A stretch of 64,000 bases of DNA from a virus (taxonomy: Duplodnaviria; Caudoviricetes): positions 1 through 64,000 of IMG/VR virus record IMGVR_UViG_3300011727_000029, one strand, 5' to 3'. Shown piece by piece: positions 10,348 through 20,541 of the stretch. Made by a program: the position numbers and the translations under genes. Position 1 is the stretch's first letter. Every line of letters starts with the position of its first letter. Below the pieces are notes generated by a model. It made no database searches. It was not told where the DNA came from and worked only from the letters and a program-made list of their open reading frames with translations.

Positions 10348-11476
10348 CTATCAATGAGAATTCTTTAATCTTCCAATTGTTGGAAGGGTTTATATTTTCG
10401 TGATAATTCCAAAACAACTCTTTGAATAGCTTTTCAATTTTGGAGCGATCTTGAGCGGTAAGTTTGTTATAAACTTTTTGCGCTTCAATAATATCTCCTC
10501 CAGAAGAATTTCCAAGTTTACCAGCGGTGTAGTCTATTAACTGAGGTGGTACACCTTTGTAAGCCTTTCGAATAAAGTTTGCAGACGAAGTTTCAAAATG
10601 TAAGTATCTATCAGGTTTTTGATCAGATGAAATTTTATCAAATCTAATGTTTCCTTGCTCTTTCGATATAGAATCATCTTCCCAATCATCTTGAATGATT
10701 AACACAGATGAAGCATTTTCAACTCCTGTTACTTCTTTTAAATCGCCTTTCAGTTTGTTTTCGTCATTCTTATTTTCAAATTCTCTATGCCTTACGATAA
10801 CAAGATCATTAAATCCACGTGATACAGTAGCATTAAAGAAATTTCCCATTTTATGCTCAACATCAGCAAACAGATATGATGATTCAATCAAAGGTTTTGC
10901 ATAATCATATTTGTTCGATAATTTGAAATACAAAATTTGTCCGTTGTAATTATCCCAACCACCATCGCGATCTACTTGTGTTTGAATAACTGAAGGACGT
11001 GGATTGTAGATGTCATAAATCTGAACTTCATCAGCTTTCAAATTTTTCCCCCAACCGTTAGGAGAAACAACGATTTTACCTGAAAAGTTTTTAGAGTCTT
11101 TCTTTCCAATTTTACAACGTGTATATGGAAATACCTTAAACCCTACCTTTTCATAAAGTGCATTATATTGTACATGAATAAACACGCCTTGATGTCTTGC
11201 TATTGGTTCGCATACTTCATATAATAAATCATCTGGTGTAACTGTTTCCCAAAAATCCTCTGAAACATCAACCTCGCTAAATTCAAATTCAAAACCTGCA
11301 CCCCCTAAAAATGATTGGTACAGGTTGTTACATTGTAATGCAGTAGGTGACGAATCTATGAGATTTTCCGTAACAACATCACGAAGATTATCTTCACCAT
11401 TGAAGATAATTCCGAAACGCTTGTTATAGATGCTTACAGGCTCTTTTTTATATTGTTCTACTACTTTACTCTTCAT
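10331..11476 (-). CDS. Probable portal protein
   Basis: 381 aa, GVPPQLI and GKLGNSSG motifs, position among head genes. Confidence 0.7.
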   Translation of the reverse strand: MKSKVVEQYKKEPVSIYNKRFGIIFNGEDNLRDVVTENLIDSSPTALQCNNLYQSFLGGAGFEFEFSEVDVSEDFWETVTPDDLLYEVCEPIARHQGVFIHVQYNALYEKVGFKVFPYTRCKIGKKDSKNFSGKIVVSPNGWGKNLKADEVQIYDIYNPRPSVIQTQVDRDGGWDNYNGQILYFKLSNKYDYAKPLIESSYLFADVEHKMGNFFNATVSRGFNDLVIVRHREFENKNDENKLKGDLKEVTGVENASSVLIIQDDWEDDSISKEQGNIRFDKISSDQKPDRYLHFETSSANFIRKAYKGVPPQLIDYTAGKLGNSSGGDIIEAQKVYNKLTAQDRSKIEKLFKELFWNYHENINPSNNWKIKEFSLIDEVTN

Positions 11477-11478
11477 GA

Positions 11479-12174
11479 TTAATCTACTTGTTCATCAGAA
11501 ACTTCAGAAACTGAATCGACATCCAATTCATCTTCATTTTCGCCTGTATTTTGATTATTCTCATTTGATAAATCAGTAGAGTTTTCATTGTTTGAATCAG
11601 CAAGTTTTAATTCTTCAATACGCAAATTCAACGCGTCAATTACTTTTTCACGTGGTTTTGATTTTGCTTTTTCTTGAGTTAAATAAATTTCTGCTTCGTT
11701 TATTAACTCTAATTGAGGAATTAGTGGAAGGATGTCGTTTTGCTTTCTTTCGATGAATGGCTTTTCTACTTGTTCATCAGAGAGTAATTCGTCAATATTT
11801 TCAGGTAGTTTGCTGAATAATGACTTTCTATTTTCGTTTAGTTTGATAAAACGAATTGCAACCTCGTCAGTTAAGTTTGCGTTTGAATAAGATTCTGAAG
11901 TTCCTGCAAAAATAATAACAGCCCCAGTATGTAATGTGAAATTTGATTTTTGTGACATTTGTTCGATTTTAAAATTTTTAATTCGATGAATGTAACCAGC
12001 TATTTTCGCTGGGCACGTTGTGCATGTTTCTTGAAATAAAGCTTGATGGACTTCAAATAGAATTTTTAAAAAGGGCGTGTTATTACTATCATGCCCTTTT
12101 AATATTTCTTCACTCGAAAGAGCTTGAAGTTCTTCAAGGTTTTTAAGAATTAGCTTCTGCTTCTTTGAATTCAT
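11479..12174 (-). CDS. Hypothetical virion-associated protein with acidic tail
   Basis: TCTTCP motif; start at ATG 12174 (MNSKKQ) preferred. Confidence 0.7.
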   Translation of the reverse strand: MNSKKQKLILKNLEELQALSSEEILKGHDSNNTPFLKILFEVHQALFQETCTTCPAKIAGYIHRIKNFKIEQMSQKSNFTLHTGAVIIFAGTSESYSNANLTDEVAIRFIKLNENRKSLFSKLPENIDELLSDEQVEKPFIERKQNDILPLIPQLELINEAEIYLTQEKAKSKPREKVIDALNLRIEELKLADSNNENSTDLSNENNQNTGENEDELDVDSVSEVSDEQVD

Positions 12175-12721
12175 TAGTAGTGATAAATGTTTCAATATCT
12201 GCCATTACAAGATTTTTCACTCTTGTACCTTCTTCTTGACCTTCTTCAGTAGCAACTGTTAAAGTTGCAGTTCCTGAATTAGCATTTGAATCGTAATCAT
12301 CATTTGTGATTGACATTCCAGATTCAAATCCAGCAACGATGTAAGTGCCTTCTGTTTTCTTGTTAATTGTTACAACTTTTGCTCCGTCAACTAATTCTTG
12401 AACTCGCTCTGATTCATCAACACCTTGATTAGTTACTATGAATGTGTCAGTGTGAATATAACCGTTAGAGAAATCCCCAACTGACAAAGCATGAACAACT
12501 TGTTTATTTGAAGATTTTGGCGCTTCAGCAGGATATAGTTTCGCTCCGGTTTTTAAAACTAAAGTTGTGATTGTCGTTCCTCTGTTAGCTAGTTGAGTAG
12601 CTTCATAGTCAATTTCATCACGGTTTAAATACCACTTCTTATCAATACCTTGCTTTGGTGCGTGTCCGCATTTTTTTCTAAACGCTCCTGTTAATTTAGA
12701 TTCGCAATTTTCTACTGCCAT
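12143..12721 (-). CDS. Probable major tail (tube) protein
   Basis: 192 aa, beta-rich, directly after major capsid. Confidence 0.55.
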   Translation of the reverse strand: MAVENCESKLTGAFRKKCGHAPKQGIDKKWYLNRDEIDYEATQLANRGTTITTLVLKTGAKLYPAEAPKSSNKQVVHALSVGDFSNGYIHTDTFIVTNQGVDESERVQELVDGAKVVTINKKTEGTYIVAGFESGMSITNDDYDSNANSGTATLTVATEEGQEEGTRVKNLVMADIETFITTNEFKEAEANS

Positions 12722-12754
12722 TTTACTAAAATTTAAAAGTTAAACAAACAGCTA

Positions 12755-13816
12755 TTAAATAGCTGCCTTAATTGCGTAAGGATTAACCATTTTAAAGTCT
12801 AACATGTAATTCGCTTTAATCCAAAATGTTTCTTCTTTCCCCCCGATGTATTCAAGACGTAAGTCCTGTAAAGCAGCTTCAGAATCAACCCCAACTTGTA
12901 AGTATTCTTTACGTGAAAACAAAGCGAAGTGAGGTAAGTGAATTGATGCAGGTGTGCCGGTAACGAAATCATTTTTCTTCCAACGATCATAATTTACAAT
13001 AGGAACAATCTTCTCATTATCTACTGTTAAATCTCCAACCCCTTTTAAAGTGTTATCAATATTGCTTTGGATTCCATAGCCATTTGCTCTTTTTACCCAT
13101 TTAGAGTAATTTTTAAACAAGCGATTAGAAGACAACATAATATCACCGTCAAAATCATACGTGTCAACTACTTCTTCGTAAATATCAAGAGCATAATCAG
13201 CTGGAAGCTGTAACTGGTCTGCCATTGCTCCTGTATTCTTGCTTAAAGCAACGAAATTATCAGAGAATTCAGGCAAAGTTTTTAAATACATCAATGTTGG
13301 AATTAACCCTTTATCAATAGTATTGTAAAACTTAGCTTTCCCGGCTTCATCTGTTAAAATGTCCTGAGTTTCTATATCCTTGTCTCCTAATAAAACAATA
13401 CGTTGTAAATCTAAAGACATGGCTTTTAAAACTAAATCTTGAATAAAAGCAGATAATTCTTCTGATTCAGATAAATCCTTAATGTCTGGTCCGTTGGCTA
13501 ATTTCCATTGCGTAAAATGATTCATAAAATCAGTATAACAATAGTTTATCTTAACTTCTTGTAATTTTGGATTCCAATTTTGAGAAAAAGCAGGGAAATC
13601 AGGTGAAATACCTTCTCCACCACAACCTTGAGAAGCAGTAGTAATGTATTCAAATCCTTTCATTGCAGCCACTTGTTGGCCGCCTTTTATTCCGGGAACA
13701 ATTGTAAAGAAATCACTTGTATTTTGTTGAAACAAATCATTTACAACGATTTCTCTAATATCTTGAATAGCTCTTTCGTTAGTAGCTAATTCTTGAAATG
13801 TATTAACTAATGGCAT
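12755..13816 (-). CDS. Major capsid protein
   Basis: 353 aa following protease/scaffold gene; C-terminal DFKMVNPYAIKAAI. Confidence 0.8.
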   Translation of the reverse strand: MPLVNTFQELATNERAIQDIREIVVNDLFQQNTSDFFTIVPGIKGGQQVAAMKGFEYITTASQGCGGEGISPDFPAFSQNWNPKLQEVKINYCYTDFMNHFTQWKLANGPDIKDLSESEELSAFIQDLVLKAMSLDLQRIVLLGDKDIETQDILTDEAGKAKFYNTIDKGLIPTLMYLKTLPEFSDNFVALSKNTGAMADQLQLPADYALDIYEEVVDTYDFDGDIMLSSNRLFKNYSKWVKRANGYGIQSNIDNTLKGVGDLTVDNEKIVPIVNYDRWKKNDFVTGTPASIHLPHFALFSRKEYLQVGVDSEAALQDLRLEYIGGKEETFWIKANYMLDFKMVNPYAIKAAI

Positions 13817-13819
13817 AGA

Positions 13820-15055
13820 TTATTTTTTTCGATTATTTCTAAATTCTTTCACATTTTCAGAATTGTAACCTTCAGTTACTTTTCTTTTTCCTGTTTCTTC
13901 GGCTGGAGGAACTTCAGGAGTTTTTGACTTTACAGACTTAGCAAGTGTCGCATGTGATTTTTTGATGTCAACAATTTCATTTGCTAATGTTCCTAAAGAT
14001 TCTTTCATTTCCTTTTGAAATCCTGCTAACAAAGATTTAAATTCTGTTAAGCCTTCTTCTTTGTTTTCCTCTTCAGGAGTTTCCTCTGGAGTGTCGCTCG
14101 CTGTTTTAATTTCAGTAATAACACCTCCTTCAACTTCGTAAGAAGTTTCTCCATCAGGTAATTTGTACTCTCCATCAGCTAATGAAGAACCTGACTCATC
14201 AATTACTTTATCTCCAACTTGTGGATTTTCTGCATCTGTTACAACAGTAACAACTTGCCCATCAGCAAGAGTTACGTCAACATCTTTGAACTTTCCACCT
14301 AAAATGGATTTTAAAAAATTATTCAACTTCATTTTAATATTTGATTTTTTGGATTTCTCCTTATTATAATTTTCGTATCGTTTCATAAAATCCTGAAGCA
14401 ATTCAGGTTTTTCCTTGATTAATCCAAATACTTGAGGATTTGCATCTAAAAAAGCGGTCACTTGAATACCTAAGTCATCAGAAGATTTGAACAGATTATC
14501 AGTTGCACATGGACTGTCAACTAAATCAGATGCGTAAAAAGATTTAAGATTCGAATACAATTCAACTGGATAAGTAACTTGACCACTTGGATCATCTTCC
14601 ATTGATGATTCGCAATGAAAATGAATTGAGTTACCGAACATATCAGAATTTTCTTCTGACATTTTCATAATGTAATCAAAGTATGAAATGCCTTGTCCTT
14701 CAACTTGAGTTTCTTTTGTGATTTCATCTAAGTGTAGATCAGCAATCAGTTTATTTTTACCTTCGTCTTCGATAATTGAGAAGTTCTTGTATCTACCAAT
14801 GAAAGTTCCAAGAGATGTTTTACACATATTTGGATGCCCAAATCTCGATTTAACGCCATTTGTTTGAGCCTGTGCATCATTAAGTAGTTCTTGCAAAAAT
14901 TCTTTTGTAAAATAACAATCATCTTTGTCAAGTCCTTCTTGCACAATCACAATGTTGTTAATAATACCGCTTTCACGATCTACATTAGCAGCTTGATTTT
15001 CAAATAATGGTAATGATTTTATATGTTTTTTGCTCAACTCTTTGATTTTTAACAA
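13820..15055 (-). CDS. Prohead protease-scaffold fusion
   Basis: SRFGHP, FGNSI, DLVDSP protease-like motifs; C-terminal ADGEYKLPDG and coiled coil. Confidence 0.7.
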   Translation of the reverse strand: MLKIKELSKKHIKSLPLFENQAANVDRESGIINNIVIVQEGLDKDDCYFTKEFLQELLNDAQAQTNGVKSRFGHPNMCKTSLGTFIGRYKNFSIIEDEGKNKLIADLHLDEITKETQVEGQGISYFDYIMKMSEENSDMFGNSIHFHCESSMEDDPSGQVTYPVELYSNLKSFYASDLVDSPCATDNLFKSSDDLGIQVTAFLDANPQVFGLIKEKPELLQDFMKRYENYNKEKSKKSNIKMKLNNFLKSILGGKFKDVDVTLADGQVVTVVTDAENPQVGDKVIDESGSSLADGEYKLPDGETSYEVEGGVITEIKTASDTPEETPEEENKEEGLTEFKSLLAGFQKEMKESLGTLANEIVDIKKSHATLAKSVKSKTPEVPPAEETGKRKVTEGYNSENVKEFRNNRKK

Positions 15056-15107
15056 AATTAAGTTGAGAAATAGGCAAGTAGTAGGTCGTCATTTGTACCT
15101 AAATTTG

Positions 15108-15115
15108 TATATTTG
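15108..15115 (+). promoter_or_regulatory. -7 promoter for moron cluster
   Basis: TATATTTG 4 nt upstream of ATG 15120. Confidence 0.65.
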
Positions 15116-15119
15116 AATT

Positions 15120-15368
15120 ATGACTAATGATGAAAAAATAGATATACTATACTGGGATTTAATTGCTGCTGTTGATAAGGCAAAACAAAGTAATAATACT
15201 ATAATCGAGTTAAAGCTTCCTATACATGGAGGTGAGCTATTGTATTGCGGTATATCGTACGATATAAATCTAATAAATAAAGAAGTTTTATCAAAATTTG
15301 ATAAATATGATATTGGATTTTTTGAAGATAATAAAGGTTATTTCTATATTCAAATAAAGGGGTTCTAA
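15120..15368 (+). CDS. Hypothetical protein (moron 1)
   Basis: 82 aa, first of three tightly packed + strand genes. Confidence 0.65.
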   Translation: MTNDEKIDILYWDLIAAVDKAKQSNNTIIELKLPIHGGELLYCGISYDINLINKEVLSKFDKYDIGFFEDNKGYFYIQIKGF

Positions 15369-15370
15369 TT

Positions 15371-15907
15371 ATGGAAATAATTCTTGGAATAGTTATATTG
15401 TATTTTATATTTTTCTTTCGTTATCATTCAAAAAAACGAAAGGAAAAACTTGCATCTATTCCAAAAGAAGAAATTAAAACTATTCCTATTCAGAGAAAGC
15501 AAAGAGGTAACTTGAGTAAATCAATTAATCTAAATTATGATTTCAGTATTTCCGAAATGAATAGGAAAAAAGACTATTTACAAGTTACATTATTGATTCA
15601 TAATTTAAGTAAACAACCTGTTGAAGCACTTGTTAAAAATGCTTTCTATATTTCATCGAAAACAAAAACGCAATATGAAGGTGATTGTACTTATTTTTCT
15701 TATGCTAAACTAGGAGATAAAAGTATTGATTCAATTATTCTTCCAGGCTTCAATGTTAAGCGCGAATGTAACTTTTATCGTTTTGATCTAAATGAGTTTT
15801 ACGACGAAGATTATATAATCATTCAAGCGATTTTCGACAATCAAATTTATACATTAAAAAAACAAATATTTGAAACAGATTTACAAAAAGTTCAAGTCAT
15901 TAAATAA
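15371..15907 (+). CDS. Membrane-anchored protein with possible Ig-like domain (moron 2)
   Basis: N-terminal TM followed by basic patch; VTLLIHN..ILPG pattern. Confidence 0.7.
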   Translation: MEIILGIVILYFIFFFRYHSKKRKEKLASIPKEEIKTIPIQRKQRGNLSKSINLNYDFSISEMNRKKDYLQVTLLIHNLSKQPVEALVKNAFYISSKTKTQYEGDCTYFSYAKLGDKSIDSIILPGFNVKRECNFYRFDLNEFYDEDYIIIQAIFDNQIYTLKKQIFETDLQKVQVIK

Positions 15908-16634
15908 ATTTGAAATAACTCTATTTATTTTAACAATTTTAGCAGGTTTAATTCTCTTCCAAATAGTACTTGATTTAACATGTGTTCCAAGCATATTTTC
16001 AAGTAATATAACATCAAATATCAATGAAGTGTTGAAAGACTTGTCAATTGGAATTATCACAAGTTCAATATTTTATTTAATAATACAATGGTTTCCAGAA
16101 AGAATAAAGAGAAGTCAAGCATTAGAATTAAATTTAAATAATATTAATAAAGTCATAAATATTATTGATCGCATAATTTCAATTTATCATAAAACCTACT
16201 TTAGTGATAAATCTCCTGAAGAATTAATTAAAGAAGATTTTTTATTAATTACAGGATTTGATTTATTTAAAAATAAAAATAAATATAATACAATTTGGAG
16301 TCAAAGTAATAGGTTAGAGATATTTTCATTAAATTTTGAATTAAAAAAATTAATTAATATTACAAATAAAATATTGTTGAATAATGAGGCATCTTTTATG
16401 AAAGATGATTTAAAAATACAATTCTATAATATTATTGATTTAGAATTTTATGAATGGATTAAAGATTTACAATCTCTTTACGAATCACCACTTTTGTATA
16501 ATCCTCAATTTGACAACAATTATTTAACAGGGTACAATATGATAGAAGATAATAAAACACTTGAAGAGTTTCAGAATCATCTATTTCAACTTTATGTTAT
16601 AAATAATAAAATAAAGTCATTTCTTCAATCTTGA
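15870..16634 (+). CDS. Two-TM membrane protein (moron 3)
   Basis: Two N-terminal hydrophobic helices plus about 180-aa soluble domain; TTG start. Confidence 0.75.
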   Translation: MKQIYKKFKSLNKFEITLFILTILAGLILFQIVLDLTCVPSIFSSNITSNINEVLKDLSIGIITSSIFYLIIQWFPERIKRSQALELNLNNINKVINIIDRIISIYHKTYFSDKSPEELIKEDFLLITGFDLFKNKNKYNTIWSQSNRLEIFSLNFELKKLINITNKILLNNEASFMKDDLKIQFYNIIDLEFYEWIKDLQSLYESPLLYNPQFDNNYLTGYNMIEDNKTLEEFQNHLFQLYVINNKIKSFLQS

Positions 16635-16841
16635 AACAATCTTCTTAACACGTTCTGAAGAAAGCTTAAACACTTCAGCTGTTAACTCATACTTGCAGTA
16701 AACGCACAACTTTTCATCAAGATCAGAGAAGTATTCAAAAATTTCCAAATCACGCAACCATGTAGGAGCTACAACACCTAAGTCTTGTAGCTCTTTAATA
16801 TCTTTTTCTTTTCTTTTTAATTTTACGTAAAGCATTACCAT
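16617..16841 (-). CDS. Small protein, possible HTH
   Basis: YELTAEVFKLSSERVKKIV resembles a recognition helix. Confidence 0.6.
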   Translation of the reverse strand: MVMLYVKLKRKEKDIKELQDLGVVAPTWLRDLEIFEYFSDLDEKLCVYCKYELTAEVFKLSSERVKKIVSRLKK

Positions 16842-17089
16842 TTCTTTTTTGGGCATTCATAATTCTTACTTCTAACTGCTGTCGATAACGGACACTTGCA
16901 GACACCACAATAATGTCCTTGAATCTCTTTAACCGAATAATCAGGAAGTACAGCTGTATGATTTCCGTGTTTTGCTTCCGGACATTCAGAACATATTTTA
17001 GCTCGTCTTTTTGCTTCAGTTAATTTTTCTCTGTTCATTGGGATCAAATAATTTCTCCAACCATTTAAAATGTCATCTACCTTCTTCAT
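16835..17089 (-). CDS. Small Cys-rich (Zn-binding) phage protein
   Basis: CSEC..CGVCKCP..CPKKKW. Confidence 0.75.
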   Translation of the reverse strand: MKKVDDILNGWRNYLIPMNREKLTEAKRRAKICSECPEAKHGNHTAVLPDYSVKEIQGHYCGVCKCPLSTAVRSKNYECPKKKW

Positions 17090-20000
17090 TAGAAATTTGC
17101 TTTTTGTTCAACTTTTAGCAATCTACTTTGTGCGTCGTTTATTTCGGTTACAGCAACTTTTGGAGCTGGTAAGCTTCTGTTTGCTTGCGCTACATTTTGA
17201 CCTATTTTAGAAGCCAGCAAGTCGTAATCGATTGATAAATTACCTTGTGGTTTTGCTGTGATAATTCCGCCATTTTGAAAAAATCTTGTTGAAGATTTAT
17301 TCCCATTGATGGCTTTAAGTATTGGTAAATGCATTGCAGTTGATTTCTTATTTACAACAAATTCACCTCCTTCAGCTTCAAACCCTGGAGTACCCGCAAC
17401 GGTGAAAGGAATTCCGCCTTGAGCATGTGAAGGACCTTCCAATAATCCACCTTTTGCAAGTTTTGTTTTCTTGATATTTTTTACCGCTCCAAGACCAGAA
17501 GCTAATACAGTTGCTGTACTTGCAAGTTTTTGAATAGTCCCGAAAGGTTCCGGTAGCACAGATTTAGCAGACCAAACCTCCGTAATACCTTGATAAGTGT
17601 TGATTGTAGCTTGAGCAACCGCAGCTGCTTTTCCTGCTTTTGAATTTTCTCCTAATAATTGTGCAACTCCTCCAAATAAATCTGCAACAGAATTCATTTT
17701 AGCTGAGTTAACTTCCTTTTGAATATTTTTCGAAGTTTCCCCATGTTGAAACTCCAAAGTATCTTTTCTTACACGATATTGTTCCTCTGTGATTTCTTTG
17801 TTATCCAGTTGAGCTTTTAAAAGAACTAAATCATTTTGATGTTGAAGATTCTCGATTTCTTTTCTTTTCTCATATTCAGCAGTCGAATCCTGTTCGATTT
17901 TAAGAAGTTTGTTTTGAAATTCAACCTCTTGATTGATTTTATCAACTTCCGCTTGATACGCTTTTCTATTTGCTTCCGCTTCACGTCTTGAAGCATCAAG
18001 CGTTGCATCATTTTCAAGTGTTTTTTGTTTATAATCTTGAAATACTATTTCTTGTTGAGCTTTCGCATTTTCATTTGTAGTCGCAATGAATTTTGCTTTT
18101 TCAGCTTCTGATATTTTTAATAAACCTATTCTTTGAACCTCGGTTAATCTATCGTTTTCAATTTTTTGTAAAGCAAGGCGTTTTTCCTCTTCAAGTTCTT
18201 TAGATCGGATTCTTTGCTTATCTTCAAAAAGTTTAAGGCTTGATTTATAAACTTCCTCTGTGAATTTCTTTTCAAGTTTTAATTTCTCTTCACGATTTTT
18301 AATATCGTTTTCAAGTTCATTAAGAGCAAGTTTGATTTTCGAATCCGCAATTTCTTGTAGAACCTTAAGTTGTTTTTCTTCTTCTTTTCTTAACTCTTCT
18401 TGAATTTTCTTTTCCTCCTCAAGTGCTTTTTTTGCATCTTTGGATGATTTCTTTTTTTTGTCTTTTGCTTTTGCGTTGTCTTCTGTAGCTTTTGTGTTTT
18501 TCTTTGTCTCATCAGTATTGTCAGCAACAGCAGATGTTAAAGATTTAGTATTTAATTCTATTTTCTTTAGTCGACTATTCATTGTTTGATCTACAGCGTT
18601 AGAGAAGTTGTCAGCAATTTGTGATGCTCCAGAGATAACTATATCTTTAATTCCTGTAAAACCTTCAGATAATGCGCTTTTCATCCCTGCTAAATCGAAA
18701 GTTAATAACGATGAAAATAATTTAGTGGTAGATTTAATACCGTTCCAAAGCAACTTCAAAGCGGACATCATAATAACAACTTGATTCTTCATTGCACTTC
18801 CCATTCCAGCTATAATAGCACGCAATGGCAAAGAGTTGTTATATGTTTCGATGAATCCGTTTGCAAATTCAATTGTACCATCAATTAACTTGATTAAAAC
18901 GCCATTTAGCCATGCTTTCCCTTGAGCTTTCAACATTTCAAAAGTTCCTCCGGATTGATCAAATAATTGTGCCCATTTTTTCTCAAGCAATTGAGTTGTT
19001 TCTATTTCTAATTGTTGAGCTTTTTCGATGTCTGTTAACTCACGATTAGTATTTGCAAGACCTTCGTTGATTGATTGTACAACTTTCTCATAGCCACCAG
19101 CGTCTTCACCCATTGCACCCATAACATTTGCAACAACAGCTCCGGTATCTTCATATGTTAACCCTAAGTCTTTTCCTTTCGTGATAAGTTTATCTAATGC
19201 TTGCCTTCCGTTTATTTCACCTTTTTCATAAGCAGATATTAACCCGTTTGTGAACTCAGTTCCAAAAGTTTGATTCATAGAATCTCTAGCTGCTTTTGGC
19301 AAATCATTGAATCTTATCGAAAACTCCTTTACAGTATCAATTAACTTATCTTTATACGCCCCTCCCTTTGCTCCAGCTTCCATTATAGAAAAGAACTCAT
19401 CAGCTGAATAACCCATGTTATCGAAATGAGTAACATATTCTGATGTGTTATCAAAATAATCATCCGCCGCCTCTCCAGTTCTAATAAATCCATTTTGGAC
19501 TTTTTGAAATGCTTCATCATAAGATATTTGATAAGCTTTTGCAGTGGCTACAACAGAAGAAAGAACAGCTTTTTCACTTTCTCCTGATACTTCAGCTAAT
19601 TCACGCGTCTTCACCGTTAGGCTTTGTAATTCATCACCCGCAAGCCCTGTAAATTGTTGAACTAATCTTGTTGATTTTGACATTTCAAGATTATAATCAT
19701 ACCACATTTTAGTAACTGCTGCAATCCCGGCAAGCGCAGCAATTGTTGCTCCGATTGGATTCATTAATAATGCGACGAATTGAGCATATAATCCTTTGAA
19801 AGCAGTAGTTAAGGCAGGAACAACAGGTTCACCTGCTTTTAAAGACGAGAATAAATCTTCAAGTTGACCGCGATAATCTCCAACATTACCTTGATGAACC
19901 CCCATTGTAGCATTAAGTTCTTTTAATTCCTTGTCTTGTTGATCAATAATTTTTGATAATTCACGTGATGCAACAGAATTTTCACGAATATCGGCTGGTA

Positions 20001-20541
20001 AACCTCTGTATATTTTACGATTGTTAGCTAATGCTTGCGTCAACTGCTCTTGAGATCCGTCTGTAGTTTTTATTATTTTAAGATTTTCCTCAAAAGTTTT
20101 ATTAACAACATCAACTTGCCTTTTAAGAGTAGCATATTCTTTTTGCTCTTTTCTTAATTCAGAAGATTGAAACTCTAATTGCTTTCTGTAGTTTTCTTGC
20201 GACTTAGTCAATGACTCGACCATTGATTTAGATTCGCTATACTTTTGTTTTTGTTGATCAATTTGATGAAGTAAAATTCCTCCTACATCTGCATTAGCTT
20301 TTTGTTCTGAAGAAAGTTTGTTGTATTGATCCTCCATTCGTGTAATTGCTTTATTGGCAATTTCCATTTCAGAAGAATTGTCTTTAATCAATTTTTGATT
20401 TTCCTTTATTCCGTTTGAATACTTTTTTACCTGTGCTTGGAGTTGCTCTACACTTTTTTTTGATTCTGCTGCCTTTTTTAGCATCAAATCAATATCCAAA
20501 TCCAACTCCATTAATCTAATCTTCTCTGCTCCGTTTGCCAT
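17089..20541 (-). CDS. Tape measure protein 1
   Basis: 1150 aa coiled-coil, Ala-rich; C-terminal GPSHAQGG..EAEGGEF. Confidence 0.9.
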   Translation of the reverse strand: MANGAEKIRLMELDLDIDLMLKKAAESKKSVEQLQAQVKKYSNGIKENQKLIKDNSSEMEIANKAITRMEDQYNKLSSEQKANADVGGILLHQIDQQKQKYSESKSMVESLTKSQENYRKQLEFQSSELRKEQKEYATLKRQVDVVNKTFEENLKIIKTTDGSQEQLTQALANNRKIYRGLPADIRENSVASRELSKIIDQQDKELKELNATMGVHQGNVGDYRGQLEDLFSSLKAGEPVVPALTTAFKGLYAQFVALLMNPIGATIAALAGIAAVTKMWYDYNLEMSKSTRLVQQFTGLAGDELQSLTVKTRELAEVSGESEKAVLSSVVATAKAYQISYDEAFQKVQNGFIRTGEAADDYFDNTSEYVTHFDNMGYSADEFFSIMEAGAKGGAYKDKLIDTVKEFSIRFNDLPKAARDSMNQTFGTEFTNGLISAYEKGEINGRQALDKLITKGKDLGLTYEDTGAVVANVMGAMGEDAGGYEKVVQSINEGLANTNRELTDIEKAQQLEIETTQLLEKKWAQLFDQSGGTFEMLKAQGKAWLNGVLIKLIDGTIEFANGFIETYNNSLPLRAIIAGMGSAMKNQVVIMMSALKLLWNGIKSTTKLFSSLLTFDLAGMKSALSEGFTGIKDIVISGASQIADNFSNAVDQTMNSRLKKIELNTKSLTSAVADNTDETKKNTKATEDNAKAKDKKKKSSKDAKKALEEEKKIQEELRKEEEKQLKVLQEIADSKIKLALNELENDIKNREEKLKLEKKFTEEVYKSSLKLFEDKQRIRSKELEEEKRLALQKIENDRLTEVQRIGLLKISEAEKAKFIATTNENAKAQQEIVFQDYKQKTLENDATLDASRREAEANRKAYQAEVDKINQEVEFQNKLLKIEQDSTAEYEKRKEIENLQHQNDLVLLKAQLDNKEITEEQYRVRKDTLEFQHGETSKNIQKEVNSAKMNSVADLFGGVAQLLGENSKAGKAAAVAQATINTYQGITEVWSAKSVLPEPFGTIQKLASTATVLASGLGAVKNIKKTKLAKGGLLEGPSHAQGGIPFTVAGTPGFEAEGGEFVVNKKSTAMHLPILKAINGNKSSTRFFQNGGIITAKPQGNLSIDYDLLASKIGQNVAQANRSLPAPKVAVTEINDAQSRLLKVEQKANF

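Noticed and set aside
12143-12195. Frameshift at the overlap of the tail tube gene and the next gene
   Set aside because: The downstream gene has its own ATG (12174); ordinary 32-nt overlap
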